Of a stretch of DNA of 22,544 bases, positions 1-9,224 are shown piece by piece. This DNA comes from Candidatus Latescibacterota bacterium (lineage in GTDB: Bacteria; Latescibacterota; UBA2968; GCA-2709665). Positions within the stretch are counted from its first letter, which is position 1; each line of letters starts with the position of its first letter. Under the pieces are notes generated by a model, which worked only from the letters and a program-made list of their open reading frames with translations, did not search any database and was not told where the DNA came from. Location: assembly GCA_963662665.2 (NCBI GenBank), contig CAXXJS010000060.1, positions 1 through 22,544 on the forward strand, written 5' to 3'. The translations under genes were made by a program, and so were the position numbers.

Positions 1-3000
1 ATCTTCGACGCTCTGGCGGCACTTGACGCGGGCGCCGAACCCGAGGTGGTCCACGGCACCTGGACCGTACCGTCCACGGACGCGGTGAACCTGACCGGCA
101 GCGCCACGCCGGAGCCTTCCGTGACCGGGTCTTCCGGATCATGGATAGAGACGAGGACCGTCCCGCCGACCGCGTCGTCGTCGATGATCGTCCCCTTCGC
201 CGTATCTGTCGACGCGACCGGCTGTGTTGTCCCTGAGACGCTCAGGAACACAGTGAAGGTCTCGTCGCCTTCCACCAGAGAATCCTCGATGGTCGCCACG
301 ACAATCGCCTGCGTCTCGCCCGCGGTCCCTGCGAAGCTCAGCGTCGCCGTGCTTGGCGTGTAGTCCGAGCCATCGACCGCCTTGCCGTCTGTAAAGTTTG
401 GTGTCACGGTCAGCCCGCCCGGAACCGGCTTGTCCAACGTCACGGTAAACGTGATCGGGTCGCCCTCATCAGCCGATGCGTCATCTATGGTCACGGAGGG
501 CGCCGTAATCGGAACGCCAAGGTTCACTAGCACGGAAATCCGGTTTGACGCGTCGTTGCCGTTATTCGCGGCATCCACCGCCATGTTGGCCGGGACCTCC
601 ACCGTCACGATCCCGGTGGCCGCCGGCGAGATTGTAGCCGTGTATTGGGCGCCGGATCCTGAGAACGCCGTTATTGACCCGTTGCCCACCGTCACGTCAT
701 CCTTCTCGAACCCCGTGACCGAAACGGGTTCCGGGATCAAGGCGACACTTGGAGCTTTCTTCAAAAAGGCGATGCTCACGTCGAACGGACCATTCTGCGT
801 CTCCGTCGGCCCGCTGAGGGTCACAGCCGGCCCGCTGAGGGTCACCGACCGTTTAGTCAGGTCCGCCTCCACCGAATATCGGCTGGCGGAACCGTTGCCG
901 TTGCCGGCGACGTCGACGGCAACGGCTGACGCCACGTCCACGGTCACGGTTCCGGTGACCTTAGGTGCGACGGTCGCCGTGTATGTGGCGCCCGATCCGG
1001 AAAACGTCGTCAATGCGCCGTTGCCGACCGTCACATCACCCTGTTCGAAACCTGTTACCGGCTCCGAGAACGTGATGTTGACGGCAAACGGGCGCGTCTG
1101 CTTATCCGCCGGTCCACTGATGGTTACGGTCGGCGCGTCAAAATCCACCTCCACCGAGAATCGGCTGGCGGCGGTGTTTCCTTTTCCGGAGCCGCTGGCG
1201 GCGACGTCCGCCGGTACGTCCACAGTCACGGTTCCACTGCCCGCCGGCGCGATAGTGGCGGTGTAGCCGGCGCCGGCGCCGGTGAACCCCGTTACCGAAC
1301 CATTGCCCACCGATACGTCACCTTTCTCGAAACCCGTGACGGACTCCGAGAAGGTGACCGTTACGTCGAAAACGCTGTTCTGCGCAGTCGCCGGCCCCGC
1401 GATTGTTACCGAGGGACGAATCAGGTCCGCCAGCACTGAGAACTGGCTCGCAGCATCGTTATCATGGCCCGCCGAATCCCTGGCAACGCCGGCCGGCACG
1501 TCCACCGTCACCGTGCCGCTGGACGAGGGCGTGATGGTGGCCGCGTAACTGCTTCCTGAACCGGAGAAGGCTGTGACGGTTCCATTGCCTGCTGTTATGT
1601 CGCCCTGCTCGAAGCCTGTGACGTCTTCCGAGAAGGTGATCGTTGCGTCGAACGGACCGTTCTGCCTATCCGTCGGTCCCGCGATGCTGACCGTTGGGGC
1701 ATCGAGGTCTGCCTGTACCGAGTAATGGCTCGCCGCGGTGTTGCTGCGGTTGACCCGGTCCACTGCCACTGCCGCGTCCACGTCCACCGTCACGGCTCCA
1801 GAGGCGGACGGCGTGACGGTGGCCGTGTAGCCGGCTCCCGAACCGGAGAAGGCCGTCACGGTGCCGTTGCCGACGGCTACATCCCCCTGCTCGAAACCGG
1901 TAACCGCCTCCGAAAAGGTGATCGTTGCGTCAAACGGACCGTTCTGCGGGTCTGTCGGCCCCGCGATGCTGACTGTCGGAGGCTTCATGTCCACCTCCAT
2001 GGAAAAACTCGCCGCATCGTTGCCGTTGCCTCTCAGGTCCATGCATACACTTCTCGGAATATCCAGTGTCACCGTTCCATGGTTCCAGGCCCCGACTTTA
2101 AGGGTGTACAAGGTACCCTTCGAATTCGCGGCTCTCAGGATGTTCAACCTTCCGCCCCCCACCACTATTCGGCTGGCACTGAACCCTACCACCGGTTCCG
2201 ACCACCTGAGGGACACCTCTACCTGGGAACTTCCGTCCACAACCGCCGGACCCTTGAAAGTTGCTGTCGGACGATCCAGGTCCACCAGCCTCCTGAATTG
2301 GGTGGCCTTGTTGCCATTGCCCGCGGCATCGGTGGCGGCATCCACTGCTACGTCTATCGTCACTCTTCCTGTGGAATCCGGCGAGATGTAGGCCCAGTAT
2401 TCTGCCCCGGAACCGGAGAAATCCTTCGCGGATCCATTGCTCACCGTTATATCCCCCAGCTCGAACCCGGTCACAGGCTTCGAGAAGCGGAACGCCATTG
2501 GCATCTCTGCGTCCGCAGGCAATAGGCCATGCGGCCCGCTGATGGTCAGCGTTGGGCGATCCCGGTCCGACTCCGCCGAGAATCGGCTCGCCGCCGTGTT
2601 GCCGATTCCCTCCTCGTTTCTTGCCACGTTCTCGGCCACATCTACGGTTACGGTTCCGTTCGTGGCCGCCCGGATCTTGGCCCTGTAGCTGGCCTGTTCA
2701 CCAGTAAATGTCACGACCGACCCGTTGCCGATCGTCAGGTCCCCCTGCTCGAACTCGGTTACCGCCTCCGAGAAGGTGATCGTCACCCAGAACGAAACCT
2801 TCTGCATGCCCTTCGGCCCGGTGATGCTGACCGTGGGACGCCCCGCTTCTGTCACCGTGATCGTGAAGGTCGCCGTCGTCGGAGTGAATCCCTCGGGGCC
2901 GTCGCCGTCGGCGGTGATCGTGACCGTGTAGGCCTTCGCTTCCGCCTCCTCGGACACCGTCCCCGTTACCTGCCCGGACGCGTACGACAGATCCAACGGC

Positions 3001-3773
3001 AACCCCGTCACGTCCACCGTCTTGTAGCGCTCGTCGGCATCGACCGTTATTGCAAACGCCTCGATCTCCTCGCCCTGCTGGTACGTCTTGTTCGCCGGTA
3101 CCGTGATCCGCGGACGCCCGTACAACACGGAGTAATTGAAAACTCTGGTCACCACCGGGTTCACACCGTCGTCGGCCTTGACTGTTACGTTGTACAACCG
3201 GTCGGTACCGGCCTGAATCATGGGCTCGTTCGCCATCGGCGTTCCCCGCACCTTCCCGTCCGAATAGGAAAGCCCGGGCGGCAGGTTCTCCACCGTCACC
3301 GTCACCGCGTCGCCGTCCGGGTCGCTCACATCAATGCTGAACGGCCAGACCGCCTGATCCTGAATACAGTATGCGGCAAAGCTGTCCCCGATCACCGGCG
3401 GCTGGTTCGACGGCCCGGTCACCGTGATCGTGAAGGTCGCCGACTTCGGGTCCCACCCTGCCGGGCCGTCGTGGTCGGCGGCGATCGTGACCGTGTAGTC
3501 CTTCCTCGCCGCACTTTCAGAAACCGTTCCCTGTACCTGGCCGTTCGCGTAAGACAGACCCGCCGGCAGGCCCGTTACCGCCACCGTTCCGGTTTTGGCA
3601 ATTTCGATGGATATGCCAAACGCAGTGATCTCCTCACCCTGCTCGTACGTCTTGTTGCCCGGCGCCGTGATCCGCGCCTGCCCCCAGCTCACCTTGATAT
3701 CGATCGTCCTGGTCACCGCCGGATGCACGCCGTCGTCCGCCTTGATTGTCGCCGTGAATTCTTCGCCCACGTA
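1..3773 (-). CDS. Giant Ig-like repeat surface protein/adhesin, distal part (after the frameshift; runs off the left edge of the window)
   Basis: Absent from the ORF track because it has no stop in the window. Manual translation from TAC at 3773 gives YVGEEFTATIKADDGVHPAV..., further TGLPxGLSY (He_PIG-like) domains, eight PTVxIxGP..FSExVTGF..GNG..TVTVDV Ig-like domains, then a Calx-beta-like domain (SVTIDDASADEGDPITFTVTL..GSDYTP..IEDSLVEGDETFTVFL). All antisense shadow ORFs from 46 to 2725 keep a consistent register. Confidence 0.9.
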
Positions 3774-5890
3774 GGGGGGATCAGTTTCTCGTTTTCCATC
3801 GGCGTTCCGCGCACCGCGCCGTCCGAATAGGACAGCCCGGACGGCAGACCCGTCACCGTTACCGTCACGTCGTCGCCGTCGGCGTCGCTCACTGAGATGG
3901 CATACGGCTCAATCGTCCGGTCCTGAAAACAGTAGAAGCCTTCAGGTGAGTAGGGACCGTCTGTATAGTCATACGGAATCGTGATCACCGGCGCGCTCAG
4001 ATTGGCCTGCACCGAATACCGGCTCGCCGCCCTATTGCCGTTGCCGTCGGCATCCGTGGCCACGTTCGCCGCTACGTCCACCGTTACCGTCCCGCCGGCT
4101 GCAGGCATAATGAAAACGGAATTGCTCGCCCCGGAACCCGCAAACGCGGTTACCCTTCCGTTGCCAACCGTTACATCCGCCTTGTCAAATCCCGTTACGG
4201 GCTTCGAAAAGCTGATACTCACCTTAAATGACCCGGTCTGAACACCGGTCGGACCGCTGATGGTTACCGTTGGGCGGCTGTCAGCAGTCACCGTTATCGT
4301 GAAGGTCGCCGTTACCGCCGTGTTCACGCCGTCGTCGGCGCTGATGGTCACGGTGTAGTCCTGCGCCGTCGCGCTGGCCGAGACCGTGCCCTGCACCTGG
4401 CCGCTTGAGTAGGACAGCCCCGACGGGAGGCCCGTCACCGTCACAGTTACCGCGTCGCCGTCGGCATCGGTCGTTGTGATCCCGAAGGCCGTGATCTCCT
4501 GGCCCTGTTGATACGTCTTGCCGCCCGGCGCAGTGATCACAGGAGAACTGTTCGCCGGCGGCGTGCTCGCAGCCGCCGTCACCGTTATCGTGAAGGTCGC
4601 CGTTACCGCCGTGTTCACGCCGTCGTCGGCGCTGATGGTCACGGTGTAGTCCTGCGCCGTCGCGCTGGCCGAGACCGTGCCCTGCACCTGGCCGCTTGAG
4701 TAGGACAGCCCCGACGGGAGGCCCGTCACCGTCACAGTTACCGCGTCGCCGTCGGCATCGGTCGTCGTGATCCCGAAGGCCGTGATCTCCTGGCCCTGTT
4801 GATACGTCTTGCCGCCCGGCGCAGTGATCACAGGAGAACTGTTCGCCGGCGGCGTGCTCGCAGCCGCCGTCACCGTTATCGTGAAGGTCGCCGTTACCGC
4901 CGTGTTCACGCCGTCGTCGGCGCTGATGGTCACGGTGTAGTCCTGCGCCGTCGCGCTGGCCGAGACCGTGCCCTGCACCTGGCCGCTTGAGTAGGACAGC
5001 CCCGATGGCAGACCCGAAATCGTCACTGTCACGTCGTCGCCGTCGGAATCGCTTGCCGTGATCCCGAAGGCCGTGATCTCCTGGCCCTGTTGATACGTCT
5101 TGCCGCCCGGCGCAGTGATCACAGGAGCGGCGTTCAGGTTGGCCTGCACCGAATACTGGCTCGCCGGCAGATTGGGGTTTCTTGCAACATCTTTCGCGAC
5201 GTGCGCCGCAACGTCCACCGTCACTGTTCCGCTGGCTCCCGGATCGATTGTGGCCGTGTAGCCGGCGCCCGATCCTGAGAATGCGGTTACGGTTCCGTTG
5301 CTCACTGTCACGTCACCTTTCTCGAAGTCCGTGACGGGCTCCGAGAAGGTGATCGTTACGTCAAACGGACCCGTGCGGACACTCGCCGGACCGGTGATGC
5401 TGACCTTGGGGCGCTCGATGTCGGTTTCTATTGAGAATTGGCTCGCCGCAACATTGCCCCGGTTCGCCGCGTTCGTTGCCACGTTCCCAGGCACGTCCAC
5501 GGTAACGGTTCCACCTGCAGTCGACCTGATTTTCGCCCTGTAGTCGGCCCCCGATCCTGAGAATGTCACGACCGACCCGTTCCCGACCGTTATATCCCCC
5601 TGCTGGAACCCGGTTACGGCCTCCGAAAAGGTGATTGTCACCCAGAACGATCGCTGTTGAATGATTGTCTCCCCTGTAATGGTGACCGTGGGCGCCCCCT
5701 GGTCCGCGCGGATCGCCCGTGCCGGGTTCGACTGTGCTTCCGCCAGCGCAACGGTGCCGGCCGTTCCCAACAGAAAAGACATCACCGTAACGGCGACCGC
5801 CCTGGCTGCGGCACCGAAATATCGTGGCATCCTGCTCTTAAGAATCAGGCGTGGAAGTTGCGCGACGAATTGCGGGAATACAGTCTGCAT
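3713..5890 (-). CDS. Giant Ig-like repeat surface protein/adhesin, proximal part (725 aa as sequenced; frameshifted at 3774-3779)
   Basis: RBS AGGAG 7 nt before ATG 5890; hydrophobic signal-peptide-like segment ending ALAEA; three Big-type and four He_PIG-like domains; the tail TWAKNSRRQSRR... is out-of-frame sequence. Confidence 0.9.
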   Translation of the reverse strand: MQTVFPQFVAQLPRLILKSRMPRYFGAAARAVAVTVMSFLLGTAGTVALAEAQSNPARAIRADQGAPTVTITGETIIQQRSFWVTITFSEAVTGFQQGDITVGNGSVVTFSGSGADYRAKIRSTAGGTVTVDVPGNVATNAANRGNVAASQFSIETDIERPKVSITGPASVRTGPFDVTITFSEPVTDFEKGDVTVSNGTVTAFSGSGAGYTATIDPGASGTVTVDVAAHVAKDVARNPNLPASQYSVQANLNAAPVITAPGGKTYQQGQEITAFGITASDSDGDDVTVTISGLPSGLSYSSGQVQGTVSASATAQDYTVTISADDGVNTAVTATFTITVTAAASTPPANSSPVITAPGGKTYQQGQEITAFGITTTDADGDAVTVTVTGLPSGLSYSSGQVQGTVSASATAQDYTVTISADDGVNTAVTATFTITVTAAASTPPANSSPVITAPGGKTYQQGQEITAFGITTTDADGDAVTVTVTGLPSGLSYSSGQVQGTVSASATAQDYTVTISADDGVNTAVTATFTITVTADSRPTVTISGPTGVQTGSFKVSISFSKPVTGFDKADVTVGNGRVTAFAGSGASNSVFIMPAAGGTVTVDVAANVATDADGNGNRAASRYSVQANLSAPVITIPYDYTDGPYSPEGFYCFQDRTIEPYAISVSDADGDDVTVTVTGLPSGLSYSDGAVRGTPMENEKLIPPTWAKNSRRQSRRTTACIRR
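3774..3779 (-). repeat. C6 homopolymer at the frameshift point of the adhesin gene
   Basis: GGGGGG on the + strand; adding one C joins the two frames (ATC CCC CCC TAC). Confidence 0.85.
4287..5127. repeat. About 2.9 tandem copies of a 291-bp (97 aa) intragenic repeat
   Basis: Units start at 4287, 4578 and 4869. Copies 1 and 2 differ at one synonymous position that I could see (4475 T vs 4766 C); copy 3 diverges only around 5005-5057. Confidence 0.95.
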
Positions 5891-5962
5891 TGTTTGACTC
5901 CTGATTGGCGTTGGAAGGTTGCGGCCCGAGCGGTCGCCGATAATCTTCGTCCCGCCATAGAC

Positions 5963-5978
5963 AGCAGAAGCCGTGCCA
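5963..5978 (-). promoter_or_regulatory. Putative sigma54 (-24/-12) promoter of the adhesin gene
   Basis: Minus strand TGGCAC-GGCTT-CTGCT; GG-N10-GC spacing exact, one deviation from TGGCAC-N5-TTGCW; about 70 bp upstream of the ATG, with an AT-rich tract (5988-6060) just upstream. Confidence 0.7.
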
Positions 5979-7205
5979 ATGCAGAGAAAAATTCACAAGT
6001 ATTTGTTAAATAAGATATTATAGATATTGACTGTGCGATCTCCTGATTTGGATTAATTCTCACAAACCTCGACCACCGGGCATCGATCGGAGGCCGAAAA
6101 AAAGAAAAACATCCAATGTTAACAACGATTTATGCGATAAATCGCGGCGTGGGTCTCATTTCGGAACGCAGGTCTCAAATTGAAACACACACCTGTCGGA
6201 AAACCGACGATTGCGCTGATCCTGCGAGCAAGCGACCGGAATTGATAGCGCCTTCGATGGGAGGATCCTGACCCGTTGATGCGGAGTGTCGGCGCATCCG
6301 AAGGCACAATGGAGATGGGGATTCTGTCTCGGTTCGCCGAGGCAATTGCGAACCGTCGGCCTGCAAGTAAAGTGCTGGACTGTTGGACTTCCTGCCTCCG
6401 TCCGTAGAACCTCGGCAGAGCATTCTCCGACGTCAGGAGACTCCGGTTATATATACTATAAATAATATATACAATTCCACGAGCGCGTGAGTGTCGGCCG
6501 GAGGGTTTGAATATTTTCTGCAAAACCAGTACGACGGGTTCTTCTGTCAGGTCGTATCATGATCGGGAATATTATATATAGTATATCCCATCTCGCGGAA
6601 GCATGGTCGCCCCTTTGTAGCCCTCACATTTGATGAACCTCGCTCTGTACCGGATTGTGAGAGTGAAAAGTCCACGCGAATTGAGTGGGTTTCAATTCAC
6701 ACGACCTTCATTCGGTAAGGCGTTGAAGTGCTCTACAGCCTCGGCCCCGGACATGCCTGGGGACCGTTGGCGCCGACGAGGCACACGGGACTGGCGCGCA
6801 TGCTGCCACGCCCCGGTATGGGGATAGGCAACCGCGCAAAACCGGTTTCCGCTCTATGGTTTCGGTTGAACGATTCGAGTCGCAACTGGTATTAAGAGGC
6901 GGACAACAAGGGGTGGGGAAGACAGCCAGCGGTCATCTATGTGCCAGAGGCGGAGAATCGAGGGCGGGCGCTGCGGACGCGTGTGTGGACCTATTCAAGG
7001 TCTGGAGGAGCCTGATGGTGGGACAGATCGGGTTTGTCCATCAATGTGAAAAGGGGCGGCAGGACAACGCCGGAGCGGGGGGGTAACAGACCCATCCGGC
7101 AGCGTGGTTGCCCTTTACGGTGAAATCGGGCCCGTTTGACCGCCCCGAGATTTTTCACCCGCCAACCGCGCTGTGCCAGGGGTTCCGGGGGGGGTGCGCA
7201 ACGGG

Positions 7206-9101
7206 TCACTCGCCGGCAACCAGGTCGTATTTTTTCAGTCTTCGGTACATTGTTGCACGGCTGAGACCCAGGGCTTGAGCCGCTTCGGTGACGTTGTTGC
7301 CTGAGGCCTTCAGCGCGTGGGACAGGGCCTGTTTTTCGACGACCGCCATCGGGAGTACCGCGCCCTGCGCCGCACGCTTGGAAGTGGGATCCACAATCGG
7401 CGATAGTTGAGGCGGTAAATTGCCGGCCTGTAGTACGTCCGTTGTCTCAAGAAGGACGGCACGCTGAATAGCGTTCTCCAGCTCTCGAACGTTGCCGGGC
7501 CAATCGTATTGCAGTAACAGCCGCAGGGCGGCGGTGGAAATGCCGCTGATCGATTTGTCCGTGCGTGCGGTGTGTTTCTCCGTGAAATGTTTGGCCAGAA
7601 GCGGTATATCTTCGCGCCGAACCCTGAGAGGCGGAATTGCGATAGGGAAAACGGAAACGCGATAGAACAGGTCTTCGCGGAACGTGCCTGCCTTTACCGC
7701 GTCCTCCAGATTCTGGTTGGTGGCAGCGACCAGCCGGATATCGACCGGGATCGGGTTGGACCTGCCCACCCGCTGAATCTCCCGCTCCTGTAGGACGCGC
7801 AGGAGCTTGGCCTGCATGGCCGCCGGCATGTCGCCGATTTCGTCCAGAAATACCGTTCCGCCCCTGGCACGTTCGAATACCCCGATTCTCTGCTTCGTCG
7901 CCCCCGTGAATGCACCCTGTTCGTGTCCAAATAGTTCGCTTTCGATAAGCGCTTCGGGAATGGCCGCGCAGTTGATCGCCAGGAACGGCCCATTCTTTCT
8001 CAAGCTGTTGAAGTGAAAGGATTTGGCGACCAGCTCCTTTCCGGTTCCGCTCTCGCCCCGGATCAGCACGGTGATATCGCTTTCGGCTGCCTGTTTCACC
8101 AGCCCGTAGACCTGCTGCATGGGGGCGCTGCCGCCTATCATGCCGGAAAAGGAGTAGGTCGTCTTCAGTTCGGTCCGCAATTGAAGTACCTCGGCTTTCA
8201 TCCGCTCAACCTCGATCTCTCTCGACACGTCACGGTACACGTAGAGATCGCCGATAACGTCCCCGTGGACATCGTGCACCTTGGCAACCGACCGATAGAA
8301 CAGACGCTCTCCGGGAAGCTTGTCAGCGGTGGTCTTTTCCAAGACCTTACCCTCGTTTTCGAAGATGAATCTACCCTGTATGTCGGTCAAATCAGGTTCA
8401 CGGAATCGCTCGCTGAACCTCTCGTTGAAGGCTTTCGGAGACATCCTCTTCAGTTCGTTTTTCGACAGGTCGAGCACCCTCTCGTATCTGCGATTGGCAA
8501 ACACCAGGTTTCCGGCGTCGTCATACATGGCCAGGGCGTTCCCGGTGGCATCCAGCACGGCTTCGAGTCTTTGATGACTGTCTGTCAGTTCGCGCCGTCT
8601 CGTTGCCAACTCCTGTTCCACGTTCCATTTCCCTACGAGTGAAAGCGCAATCTGCTGGATTTCCTCGCGGGCAAAGGGCTTCCGGATATAGAGCACTTTG
8701 TGGAGCAGTTCCATGTCGTGGATGATCTCGGCGAGTGACTTGTCGGTATAGGCGGTCATGATGACGATTTCGACGTCGCGATCGACTCTTCTTATTCGGC
8801 GGATTGTCTCGATTCCGTCGATCCCGGGCGGCATCCTGATGTCCACGAACGCAACGGATATGGGTCGGCCGGCTTCCTTTTCCGCCTTGATGACCTCGTA
8901 GGCCTTCTCACCGCTGGTTGCGTGCAGGAGCTCGAATTCCGGAAGGAACGATCCGTCCTGTTGCTGCGTGAAGGCAGACGCGAGCTCATCCGTCACTGTT
9001 TCCATTAATCGGGTACGCAACATTTCCTCGAAGTCGTCGTGGATTTCCTTCTGGTCATCCACGATCAACACGCGACGATTGCTGAGATTCCTGAAATCCA
9101 T
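7206..9101 (-). CDS. Sigma54-dependent enhancer-binding response regulator (REC-PAS-AAA+-Fis-type HTH)
   Basis: [20 protein letters not shown] receiver motifs; [29 protein letters not shown]; C-terminal [20 protein letters not shown]. Start placed at ATG 9101 behind GAGGT. Confidence 0.95.
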   Translation of the reverse strand: MDFRNLSNRRVLIVDDQKEIHDDFEEMLRTRLMETVTDELASAFTQQQDGSFLPEFELLHATSGEKAYEVIKAEKEAGRPISVAFVDIRMPPGIDGIETIRRIRRVDRDVEIVIMTAYTDKSLAEIIHDMELLHKVLYIRKPFAREEIQQIALSLVGKWNVEQELATRRRELTDSHQRLEAVLDATGNALAMYDDAGNLVFANRRYERVLDLSKNELKRMSPKAFNERFSERFREPDLTDIQGRFIFENEGKVLEKTTADKLPGERLFYRSVAKVHDVHGDVIGDLYVYRDVSREIEVERMKAEVLQLRTELKTTYSFSGMIGGSAPMQQVYGLVKQAAESDITVLIRGESGTGKELVAKSFHFNSLRKNGPFLAINCAAIPEALIESELFGHEQGAFTGATKQRIGVFERARGGTVFLDEIGDMPAAMQAKLLRVLQEREIQRVGRSNPIPVDIRLVAATNQNLEDAVKAGTFREDLFYRVSVFPIAIPPLRVRREDIPLLAKHFTEKHTARTDKSISGISTAALRLLLQYDWPGNVRELENAIQRAVLLETTDVLQAGNLPPQLSPIVDPTSKRAAQGAVLPMAVVEKQALSHALKASGNNVTEAAQALGLSRATMYRRLKKYDLVAGE

Positions 9102-9224
9102 CGAATACCTCGGTAATTCTCTTCCTGCGTTGCACATCGTTTGGACTGCACCATCAGTCCCTGGGTTTTTCGTCGGAGTACAATCTGTCGCCGGGTCGCA
9201 TTACACATCACTCCCGGCCGCGAT

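Noticed and set aside
4287-5127. Near-identical repeats as DGR template/variable region
   Set aside because: In-frame tandem coding repeats with a single difference between copies 1 and 2; no reverse transcriptase in the window.
46-5543. Long + strand ORFs (e.g. 382-1266, 1725-2525, 2529-3830)
   Set aside because: Antisense shadows of the repetitive GC-rich adhesin gene.
6165-6420. Several hairpins suggesting a riboswitch (e.g. c-di-GMP) upstream of the adhesin
   Set aside because: No recognisable aptamer consensus, and the region lies upstream of the predicted sigma54 start so would not be in the leader.
6792-6807. TGGCGC-N5-CTGC sigma54-like motif on the + strand
   Set aside because: Part of a GC-rich palindrome with no convincing downstream gene.
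5845-7209. Short ORFs in the gap between adhesin and activator
   Set aside because: No RBS or motifs; they overlap AT-rich promoter-like DNA.
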